Positions 22,001-34,500 of a stretch of DNA of 64,000 nt are shown here, piece by piece (within the stretch, counting starts at the first letter, position 1; every line of letters begins with the position of its first letter). The stretch spans positions 124,001 through 188,000 of the forward strand of contig CM121341.1 of assembly GCA_051530055.1 (NCBI GenBank), in the 5' to 3' direction. The notes below the pieces were generated by a model. That model was given only the letters and a program-made list of their open reading frames with translations, searched no databases and was not told the DNA's origin. This stretch comes from Neoechinorhynchus agilis. Taxonomy: Eukaryota; Animalia; Acanthocephala. Made by a program: the position numbers and the translations under genes.

Positions 22001-25000
22001 CCAAATCTGTTTTCGGATTTGCGATAGCTATCATGGTTCTTGAGTTACTTGTTGTTACATTTTGAGACCAACTACCTTGATTATTGATATTAAAACATCA
22101 ATCAATTTAAGATCAAATTAACTTTTCTAGATCTACTTTTGAGCTGAATTTACCTGCAATAACGGTTTGATGTTGCTTGTTAAATTTTGACACTTAGTTT
22201 TAGGATTGATGTTCATAAAAGGCACCTCAGTTAAATCTGTGGTGCTCGAAAGTTGTTACGAAATAGAAAAACCTTTTCAGCATATCTGATGCGCTGATTT
22301 CAACGGTGTTATCTAATTTTAATGAATCTTGCAAGTTTGGTGATTTTTCTCTCTTGTGAATATTGGCAAAATAATACAATGCGATTTCCGATGCGAATAT
22401 TACAGCTGTAGTGTACGGAATCAGCTAATTTAGTACATATTAACGCGCTGGTTCCAAATCTGTTTTCGGATTTGCGATAGCTATCATGGTTCTTGAGTTA
22501 TTTGTTGTTAGATTTTGAGACCAACTACCTTGATTATTGACATTAAAACATCAATCAATTTAAGATCAAATTTACTTTTCTAGATCTACTTTTGAGCTGA
22601 ATTTACCTGCAATAACGGTTTTATGTTGCTTGTTAAATTTTGACACTTAGTTTTAGGATTGATGTTCATAAAAGACACCTCAGTTAAATCTGTGGTGCTC
22701 GAAAGTTGTTACGAAATAGAAAAACCTTTTAAGCATATCTGATGCGCTGATTTCAACGGTGTTATCTAGTTTTAATGAATCTTGTAAATTTAGTGATTTT
22801 TCTCACTTGTGAATATTGGCAAAATATGACAATGCGATTTCCGATGCGAATATTACAGCTGTAGTGTACGGAGTAAGCTAATTTAGTATATCTTAACGCG
22901 CTGATTCCAAATCTGTTTTCGGATTTGCGATAGCTATCATGGTTCTTTAGTTATTTGTTGTTACATTTTGAGACCAACTACCTTGATTATTGATATTTAA
23001 ACATCAATCAATTTAAGATCAAATAAAATTTTCTAGATCTACTTTTGACGCTGAATTAACCTGGAATAACGGTTTGATGTTAATTGTTAAATTTTTACAC
23101 TTAGTTTTAGGATTGAAGTTGATAAAAGACAACTGAATACAATCTGTGGTACTTGAAAGTTGTTACGAAATAGAAAATTTTTTGTGCATATCTTATGCGC
23201 TGATTTCAATGGTGTTATCTAATTTTAATGAATCTTGCAAATTTACTGATTATTCTCTCTTGTGAATATTGGCAAAATATGACAATGCGATTTTCGATGC
23301 GAATATTACAGCTGTAGTGTACGGAATCAGCTAATTTAGTACACCTTTACGCGCTGATTCCAAATCTGTTTTCGGATTTGCGATAGCTATCATAGTTCTT
23401 GAGTTATTTGTTGTTACATTTTGAGACCAACTACCTTCATTATTGATATTAAAACATCAATATATTTAAGATCAAATTAAATTTTCTAGATCTACTTTTG
23501 ACGCTGAATTCACCTGCAATAACGGTTTGATGTTGCTTGTTAAATTTTGACACTTAGTTTTAGGATTGAAGTTGATAAAAGACACCTGAATTAAATCTGT
23601 GGTGCTCGAAAGTTGTTACGAAATAGAAAAACTTTTTGAGCATATCTTATGCGCTGATTTCAATGGTGTTATCTAATTTTAATGAATCTTGCAAATTTAG
23701 TGATTTTTCTCTCTTGTGAATATTGGCAAAATATGACAATGCGATTTTCGATGCGAATATTACAGCTGTAGTGTACGGAATCAGCTAATTTAGTACATCT
23801 TAACGCGCTGATTCCAAATCTGTTTTCGGATTATCGATAGCTATCATGGTTCTTGAGTTATTTGTTGTTACATTTTTAGACCAACTACCTTGATTATTGA
23901 TATTAAAACATCAATCAATTTAAGATCAAATTAACTTTTCTAGATCTACTTTTGACGCTGAATTTACCTAAAATAACGGTTTGATGTTGCTTGTTAAATT
24001 TTGACACTTAGTTTTAGGATTGATGTTCATAAAAGACACCTCAGTTAAATCTGTTGTGCTCGAAAGTTGTTACGAAATACAAAAACGTTTTGAGCATATC
24101 TTATGCGCTGATTTCAATGGTTTTATCTAATTTTAATGAATCTTGCAAATTTGGTGATTTTTCTCTCTTGTGAATATTGGCAAAATAATACAATGCGATT
24201 TCCGATGCGAATATTACAGCTGTAGTGTACGGAATCAGCTAATTTAGTACATCTTAACGCGCTGATTCCAAATCTGTTTTCGGATTTGCGATAGCTATCA
24301 TGGTTCTTGAGTTATTTGTTGTTACATTTTGAGACCAACTACCTTGATTATTGATATTAAAACATCAATCAATTTAAGATCAAATTAACTTTTCTAGATC
24401 TACTTTTGAGCTGAATTTACCTGCAATAACGGTTTGATGTTGCTTGTTAAATTTTGACACTTAGTTTTAGGATTGAAGTTCATAAAAGACACCTCAGTTA
24501 AATCTGTGGTGCTCGAAAGTTGTTACGAAATAGAAAAACATTTTGAGCATACTTGATGCGCTGATTTCAATGGTGTTATCTAATTTTAATGAATCTTGCA
24601 AATTTAGTGATTTTTCTCTCTTGTGAATATTGGCAAAATATGACAATGCGATTTCCGATGCGAATATTACAGCTGTAGTGTACGGAATCAGCTAATTTAG
24701 TACATCTTAACGCGCTGATTCCAAATCTGTTTTCGGATTATCGATAGCTATCATGGTTCTTGAGTTATTTGTTGTTACATTTTGAGACCAACTACCTTGA
24801 TTATTGATATTAAAACATCAATCAATTTAAGATCAAATTAACTTTTCTAGATCTACTTTTGACGCTGAATTCACCTGCAATTACGGTTTGATGTTACTTG
24901 TTAAATTTGACACTTAGTTTGAGGATTGAAGTTGATAAAAGACACCTGAATTAAATCTGTGGTACTCGAAAGTTGTTACGAAATAGAAAAACATTTTGAG

Positions 25001-25585
25001 CATATCTAATGCGCTGATTTCAATGGTGTTATCTAATTTTAATGAATCTTGCAAATTTAGTGATTTTTCTCTCTTGTGAATATTGGCAAAATATGACAAT
25101 GCGATTTCCGATGCGAATATTACAGCTGTAGTGTACGGAATCAGCTAATTTAGTACATCTTAACGCGCTGATTCCAAATCTGTTTTCGGATTATCGATAG
25201 CTATCATGGTTCTTGAGTTATGTGTTGTTACATTTTGAGACCAACTACCTTGATTATTGATATTAAAACATCAATCAATTTAAGATCAAATTAACTTTTC
25301 TAGATCTACTTTTGACGCTGAATTCACCTGCAATTACGGTTTGATGTTGCTTGTTAAATTTTTACACTTAGTTTAAGGATTGAAGTTCATAAAAGACACC
25401 TGAATTAAATCTGTTGTACTCGAAAGTTGTTACGAAATAGAAAAAATTTTGAGCATATCTAATGCGCTGATTTCAATGGTGTTATCTAATTTTAATGAAT
25501 CTTGCAAATTTAGTGATTTTTCACTCTTGTGAATATTGGCAAAATATGACAATGCGATTTCCGATGCGAATATTACAGCTGTAGT
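10050..25585. repeat. Satellite subfamily A domain (~35 monomers)
   Basis: Diagnostic strings: GAGACCAAC, AACATCAATC, CTCGAAAG, GAATATTGGCAAAA, GTGTACGGAATCAGC, CTGTTTTCGG, CTATCATGG. Confidence 0.93.
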
Positions 25586-28500
25586 TTAGAAAGTCAGTTA
25601 ATGTAGTCCATCTTAACGCGCTGATTCCAAATCTGTATCCAGATTTGCGCTAGCTGTAATGGTTCGTGAGTTATGCGTTGTTAAATTTTGAGACAAACTA
25701 CCTTGATTATTGATATTAAAACGTCAATAAATTTAAGATATAATTAACTTTTCTAGATATCCTTTTGACGCTCAATTCACCTGCAATCACTGTTTGATGT
25801 GGCTTTTTAAATTTTTACACTTAGTTTAAGGATTGAAGTTCATAAAAGACACCTGAATTAAATCTGTAGTACTCGTAAGTTGTTAGGAAATGATAAAAAA
25901 TTTTGAGCATATCTAATGCGCTGATTTCAATTGTGTTATCTAATTTTAATGAATCTTGCAAATTTAATGATCTTTGACTCTTGTGACTTTTGACCAAATA
26001 TGATAATGCGATTCCCGCATCGAATATTGCAGTTGTAGTTTAGAAAGTCAGTTAATCTGGTCCATCTTAACGCGCTGATTCCAAATCTGTATCCAGATTT
26101 TCGCTAGCTGTAATGGTTCGTGAGTTATGCGTTGTTCAATTTTGAGACAAACTACCTTGATTATTGATATTAAAACGTCAATAAATTTAAGATAAAATTA
26201 ACTTTTCTAGATATCCTTTTGACGCTCAATTCACCTGCAATCACTGTTTGATGTGGCTTTTTAAATTTTTACACTTAGTTTAAGGATTGAAGTTCATAAA
26301 AGACACCTGAATTAAATCTGTAGTACTCGTAAGTTGTTAGGAAATGATAAAACATTTTGAGCATATCCAATTCGCTTATTTCAATTGTGTTATCTAATTT
26401 TAATGAATCTTGCAAATTTAATGATCTTTGACTCTTGTGACTTTTGACCAAATATGATAATGCGATTCCCGCTTCGAATATTGCAGTTGTAGTTTAGAAA
26501 TTCAGTTAATCTCGTCTATCGTAACAAGCTGATTTTAAATCTGTATCCAGATTTTCAATAGCTGTAATAATTCGTGAGTTATGCGTTGTTCAATTTGGAG
26601 ACAAACTAACTTGATTATTGATATTAAAACGTCAATAAATTTAAGATATAATTAACCTTTCTAGATATCCTTTTGACGCTTAATTCACCTGCAATCACTG
26701 TTTGATGTGGCTTTTTAAATTTTTACACTTAGTTTAAGGATTGAAGTTCATAAAAGACACCTGAATTAAATCTGTAGTACTCGTAAGTTGTTAGGAAATG
26801 ATAAAACATTTTGAGCATATCCAATGCGCTGATTTCAATTGTGTCATTTAATTTTAATGAATCTTGCAAATTTAATGATCTTTGACTCTTGTGACTTTTG
26901 ACCAAATATGATAATGCGATTCCCGCTTCGAATAATGCAGTTGTAGTTTAGAAAGTCAGTTGATGAGGTACATCTTAACGCGCTGATTCCAAATCTGTAT
27001 CCAGATTTGCGCTAGCTGTAATGGCAAGTAAGTTATGCGTTGTTCAATTTTGAGACATACTACCTTGATTATTGATATTAAAACATCAATAAATTTAAGA
27101 TAAAATTAACTTTTCTAGATATCCTTTTGACGCTTAATTCACCTGCAATCACTGTTTGATGTGGCTTTTTAAATTTGTACACTTAGTTTAAGGATTGAAG
27201 TTCATAAAAGACACCTGAATTAAATCTGTAGTACTCGTAAGTTGTTAGGAAATGATAAAACATTTTGAGCATATCCAATGCGCTGATTTCAATTGTGTTA
27301 TTTAATTTTAATGAATCTTGCAAATTTAGTGATCTTTTACTCTTGTGACTTTTGACCAAATATGATAATGCGATTCCCGCTTCGAATATTGCAGTTGTAG
27401 TTTAGAAAGTCAGTTGATGTTGTCCACCTTAACGCGCTGATTCCATATCTGTATAAAGATTTGCGCTAGCTTTAATGGTTCGTGAGTTATGCGTTGTTCA
27501 ATTTTGAGACAAACTGCCTTGATTATTGATATTAAAACGTCAATAAATTTAAGATATAATTAACTTTTCTAGATATCCTTTTGACGCTCTATTCACCTGC
27601 AATCACTGTTTGATGTGGCTTTTTAAATTTTTACACTTAGTTTAAGGATTGAAGTTCATAAAAGACACCTGAATTAAATCTGTAGTACTCGTAAGTTGTT
27701 AGGAAATGATAAAACATTTTGAGCATAACCAATTCGCTTATTTCAATTGTGTTATCTAATTTTAATGAATCTTGCAAATTTAATGATCTTTGACTCTTGT
27801 GACTTTTGACCAAATATGATAATGCGATTCCCGCTTCGAATATTGCAGTTGTAGTTTAGAAATTCAGTTAATCTCGTCTATCTTAACAAGCTGATTTTAA
27901 ATCTGTATCCAGATTTTCAATAGCTGTAATGGCAAGTAAGTTATGCGTTGTTCAATTTTGAGACATACTACCTTGATTATTGATATTAAAACGTCAATAA
28001 ATTTAAGATAAAATTAACTTTTCTAGATATCCTTTTGACGCTTAATTAGCCTGCAATCACTGTTTGATGTGGCTTTTTAAATTTTTACACTTAGTTTAAG
28101 GATTGAAGTTCATAAAAGACACCTTAATTATATCTGTAGTACTCGTAAGTTGTTAGGAAATGATAAAACATTTTGAGCATATCAAATTCGCTGATTTCAA
28201 TTGTGTTATCTAATTTTAATGAATCTTGCAAATTTAATGATCTTTGACTCTTGTGACTTTTGACCAAATATGATAATGCGATTCCCGCTTCCAATATTGC
28301 AGTTGTAGTTTAGAAAGTCAGTTGATGTTGTCCATCTTAAAGCGCTGATTCCAAATCTGTATCCAGATTTGCGCTAGCTGTAATGGTTCGTTAGTTATGC
28401 GTTGTTCAATTTTGAGACAAACTGCCTCGATTATTGATATTAAAACGTCAATAAATTTAAGATATAATTAACTTTTCTAGATATCCTTTTGACGCTCAAT

Positions 28501-31500
28501 TCACCTGCAATCACTGTTTGATGTGGCTTTTTAAATTTTTACACTTAGTTTAAGGATTGAAGTTCATAAAAGACACCTGAATTAAATCTGTAGTACTCGT
28601 AAGTTGTTAGGTAATGATAAAACATTTTGAGCATATAAAATTCGCTGATTTCAATTGTGTGATCTAATTTTAATGAATCTTGCAAATTTAATGATCTTTG
28701 ACTCTTGTGACTTTTGACCAAATATGGTAATACGATTCCCGCATCGAATATTGCAGTTGTATTTTAGAAAGTCAGTTATTCTGGTCTATCTTAACGCGCT
28801 GATTCCAAACCTGTATCCAGATTTTCGCTAGCTGTAATGGCTCGTTAGTTATGCGTTGTTCAATTTTGAGACACACTACCTTGATTATTGATATTAAAAC
28901 GTCAATAAATTTAAGATAAAATTAACTTTTCTAGGTATCCTTTTGACGCTCTATTAACCTGCAATCACTGTTTGATGTGGCTTTTTAAATTTTTACACTT
29001 AGTTTAAGGATTGAAGTTCATAACAGACACCTGAATTAAATCTGTAGTACTCGTAAGTTGTTAGGAAATGATAAAACATTTTGAGCATATCCAATTCGCT
29101 TGTTTCAACTGTGTTATCTAATTTTAATGAATCTTGCAAATTTAATGATCTTTGACTCTTGTGACTTTTGACCAAATATGATAATGCGATTCCCGCTTCG
29201 AATATTGCAGTTGTAGTTTAGAAATTCAGTTAACCTCGTCTATCGTAACAAGCTGATTTTAAAACTGTATCCAGATTTTCAATAGCTGTAATAATTCGTG
29301 AGTTATGCGTTGTTCAATTTGGAGACAAACAAACTTGATTATTGATATTAAAACGTCAATAAATTTAAGATATAATTAACCTTCTAGACATCCTTGACGC
29401 TTAATTCACCTGCAATCACTGTTTGATGTGGCTTTTTAAATTTTTACACTTAGTTTAAGGATTGAAGTTCATAAAAGACACCTGAATTGAATCTGTTGTA
29501 CTCGTAAGTAGTTATGAAATGATAAAACATTTTGAGCATATCCAATGCGCTGATTTCAATTGTGTTATCTAATTTTAATGAATCTTGCAAATTTAGTTAT
29601 CTTTGACTCTTGTGACTTTTGACCAAATATGATAATGCGATTCCCGCTTCGAATATTGCAGTTGTAGTTTAGAATGTCAATTGATGAGGTCCATCTTAAC
29701 GCGCTGATACCAAATCTGTATCCAGATTTGCGCTAGCTGTAATGGCAATTGAGTTATGCGTTGTTCAATTTTGAGACAAACTATCTTGATTATTGATATT
29801 AAAACTTAAATAAATTTTAGATAAAATTAACTTTTCTAGATATCCTTTTGACGCTTAATTCACCTGCAATCACTGTTTGATGTGGCTTTTTAAATTTTTA
29901 CACTTAGTTTAAGGATTGAAGTTCATAAAAGACACCTGAATTGAATCTGTTGTACTCGTAAGTAGTTATGAAATGATAAAACATTTTGAGCATATCCAAT
30001 GCGCTGATTTCAATTGTGTTATCTAATTTTAATGAATCTTGCAAATCGAAAGGATCTTTTACTCTTGTGACTTTTGACCAAATATGATAATGCGATTCTG
30101 CCTGAATATTGCAGTTGTAGTTTTCTCTAGAAAGTCAGTTAATGTTGTCCACCTTAACGCGCTGATTCCATATCTGTATAAAGATTTGCGCTAGCTTTAA
30201 TGGTTCGTGAGTTATGCGTTGTTCAATTTTGAGACAAACTGCCTTGATTATTGATATTAAAACGTCAATAAATTTAATATATAATTAACTTTTCTAGATA
30301 TCCTTTTGACGCTCTATTCACCTGCAATCACTGTTTGATGTGGCTTTTTAAATTTTTACACTTAGTTTAAGGATTGAAGTTCATAAAAGACACCTGAATT
30401 AAATCTGTAGTACTCGTAAGTTGTTAGGAAATGATAAAACATTTTGAGCATAACATATTCGCTTATTTCAATTGTGTTATCTAATTTTAATGAATCTTGC
30501 AAATTTAATGATCTTTGACTCTTGTGACTTTTGACCAAATATGATAATGCGATTCCCGCTTCGAATATTGCAGTTGTAGTTTAGAAATTCAGTTAATCTC
30601 GTCTATCTTAACAAGCTGATTTTAAATCTGTATCCAGATTCTCAATAGCTATAATGGCTCGTTAGTTATGCGTTGTTCAATTTTGAGACACACTACCTTG
30701 ATTATTGATATTAAAACGTCAATAAATTTAAGATAAAATTAACTTTTCTAGGTATCCTTTATACGCTTAATTCACCTGCAATCACTGTTTGATGTGGCTT
30801 TTTAAATTTTTACACTTAGTTTAAGGATTGAAGTTCATAAAAGACACCTGAATTAAATCTGTAGTACTCGTAAGTTGTTATGAAATCATAAAACATTTTC
30901 AGCAAATCCAATCCGCTGATTTCAATTGTGTTATTTAATTTTAATGAATCTTGCAAATTTAGTGATCTTTGACTCTTGTGACTTTTGACCAAATATGATA
31001 ATGCGATTCCCGCTAGGAATATTTAAGTTGTAGTCTAGAAAGTCAGTTAATCTGGTGTACCTTAACGCGCTGATTCTAAATCTACATCCAGATTTGCAAT
31101 AGCTGTAATGGTTCGTGAGTTAAACGTTGTTCAATTTTGAGACAAACTACCTTGATTATTGATATAAAAACGTCAATAAATTGAAGATATAATTAACTTT
31201 TCTAGATCTACTTTTGACGCTGAATTCACCTGAAATCACTGTTCGATGTGGCTTTTTAAATTTGTACACTTAGTTTAAGGATTGAAGTTCATAAAAGACA
31301 CCTGAATTAAATCTGTAGTACTCGTAAGTTGTTAGGAAATGATAAAACATTTTGAGCATATCCAATACGCTGATTTCAACTGTGTTATTTAATTTTAATG
31401 AATCTTGCAAATTTAATGATCTTTGACTCTTGTGACTTTTGACCAAATATGATAATGCGATTTCCGCATCGAATATTGCAGTTGTAGTTTAGAAAGTCAG

Positions 31501-34500
31501 TTGATGTAGTCCATCTTAACGCGCTGATTCCAAATCTGTATAAAGATTTGCGCTAGCTGTAATGGTTCGTGAGTTATGCGTTGTTCAATTTTGAGACAAA
31601 CTGCCTCGATTATTGATATTAAAACGTCAATAAATTTAAGATATAATTAACTTTTCTAGATATCCTTTTGACGCTCAATTCACCTGCAATCACTGTTATA
31701 TGTGGCTTTTTAAATTTTTACACTTAGTTAAAGGATTGAAGTTCATAAAAGACACTTGAATTAAATCTGTAGTACTCGTAAGTTGTTAGGAAATGATAAA
31801 ACATTTTGAGCATATCCAATGCGCTGATTTCAATTGTGTTATTTAATTTTAATGAATCTTGAAAATTTAGTGATCTTTGACTCTTGTGACTTTTGACCAA
31901 ATATGATAATGCGATTCCCGCTTCGAATATTGCAGTTGTAGTTTAGAAATTCAGTTAATCTCGTCTATCGTAACAAGCTGATTTTAAATCTGTATCCAGA
32001 TTTTCAATAGCTGTAATAATTCGTGAGTTATGCGTTGTTCAATTTCGAGACAAACTACCTTGATTATTGATATTAAAACGTCAATAAATTTAAGACATAA
32101 TTAACCTTTCTAGATATCCTTTTTACGCTTAATTCACCTGCAATCACTGTTTGATGTTGCTTTTTAAATTTTTACAATTTAGTTAAAGGATTGAAGTTCA
32201 TAAAAGACACCTGAATCAAATCTGTAGTACTCGGAAGTTGTTATGAAATGATAAACATTTTGAGCAAATCCAATCCGCTGATGTTAATTGTGTTATTTAA
32301 TTTTAATGAATCTTGCAAATTTAATGGTCTTTGACTCTTGTGACTTTTGACCAAATATGATAATGCGATTCCCGCTTCGAATATTGCAGTTGTAGTTTAG
32401 AATGTCAGTTAGTCTGGTCTATCTTAACGCGCTGATGCCAAATCTGTATCCAGACTTGCGATAGCTCTAATGGTTCGTGGGTTATGCGTTGTTCAATTTT
32501 GAGAATAACTACCTTTATTATTGATATTAAAACGTCAATAAATTTAAGATAAAATAAACTTTTCTAGATATCCTTTTGACGCTGAATTCACTTGCAATCA
32601 CTGTTTGATGTGGCTTTTTAAATTTGTACACTTAGTTTAAGGATTGAAGTTCATAAAAGACACCTGAATCAAATCTGTAGTACTCGGAAGTTGTTATACA
32701 ATCATAAAACATTTTCAGCAAATCCAATCCGCTGATTTCGATTGTGTTATTTAATTTTAATGAATCTTGCAAATTTAGTGATCTTTGACTCTTGTGACTT
32801 TTGACCAAATATGATAATGCGATTTCCGCTTCGAATATTGCAGTTGTAGTTTAGAAAGTCAGTTGATGTAGTCCATCTTAACGCGCTGATTCCAAATCTG
32901 TATAAAGATTTGCGCTAGCTGTAATGGTTCGTGAGTTATGCGTTGTTCAATTTCGAGACAAACTACCTTGATTATTGATTGATATTAAAACGTCAATAAA
33001 TTGAAGATATAATTAACTTTTCTAGATATCCTTTTGACGCTCAATTCACCTGCAATCACTGTTTGATGTGGTTTTTTAAATTTTTACACTTAGTTAAAGG
33101 ATTGAAGTTCATAAAAGACACCTGAATTAAATCTGTAGTACTCGTAAGTTGTTAGAAAATGATAAAACATTTTGAGCATATCCAATGTGCTGATTTCAAT
33201 TGCGTTATTTAATTTTAATGAATATTGCAAATTTAATGATCTTTGACTTCGTGACTTTTGACCAAATATGATAATACGATTCCCGCTTCGAATATTGCAG
33301 TTGTAGTTTAGAAAGTCAGTTGATGTTGTCCATCCTAACGCGCTGATTCCAAATCTGTATCAAGATTTGCGCTAGCTGTAATGGTTCGTGAGTTATGCGT
33401 TGTTCAATTTTGAGACAAACTGCCTTGATTATTGATATTAAAACGTCAATAAATTTAGGATATAATTAACTTTTCTAGATCTAATTTTGACGCTCAATTA
33501 ACCTGCAATCACCCTTTTATGTGGCTTTTTGAATTTGTAAACTTAGTTTAAGGATTGAAGTTCATAAAAGACACCCGAATTAAATCTGTAGTACTCGTAA
33601 GTTGTTAGGAAATGATAAAACATTTTGAGCATATCCAATGCGCTGATTTCAATTGTGTTATTTAATTTTAATGAATCTTGCAAATTTAATGGTCTTTGAC
33701 TCTTGTGACTTTTGACCAAATATGATAATGCGATTCCCGCTTCGAATATTGCAGTTGTAGTTTAGAAGGTCAGTTAGTCAGGTCCATCTTAACGCGCTGA
33801 TTCCAAATCTGTATCCAGATTTGCGCTAGCTGTAATGTTTCGTGAATTATGCGTTGTTCAATTTTGAGACAAACTACCTTGATTATTGATATTAAAACGT
33901 CAATAAACTTAAGATAAAATTAACTTTTCTAAATATCCTTTTGACGCTCTATTCACCTGCAATCGCTGTTTTATGTGGCTTTTTAAATTTTTACACTTAG
34001 TTAAAGGATTGAATTTCATAAAAGACACCTGAATTAAATCTGTAGTACTCGTAAGTTGTTAGGAAATGATAAAACATTTTGAGCATATCCAATGCGCCGA
34101 TTTCAATTGTGTCATTTAATTTTAATGAATCTTGCAAATTTAATGATCTTTGACTCTTGTGACTTTTGACCAAATATGATAATGCGATTCCCGCTTCGAA
34201 TATTGCAGTTGTAGTTTAGAAAGTCAGTTGATGAGGTACATCTTAACGCGCTGATTCCAAATCTGTATCCAGATTTGCAATAGCTGTAATGGTTCGTGAG
34301 TTATGCGTTGTTCAATTTTGAGACAAACTACCTTGATTATTGATATTAAAACGTCAATAAATTGAAGATATAATTAACTTTTCTAGATCTACTTTTGACG
34401 CTGAATTCACCAGCAATCACTGTTTGATGTGGCTTTTTAAATTTGTACACTTAGTTTAAGGATTGAAGTTCATAAAAGGCACCTGAATTAAATCTGTAGT

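Noticed and set aside
30040-30135. Locally aberrant monomer with clustered substitutions and a small insertion
   Set aside because: A single occurrence, not repeated at the HOR distance; it may be a sequencing or consensus error.
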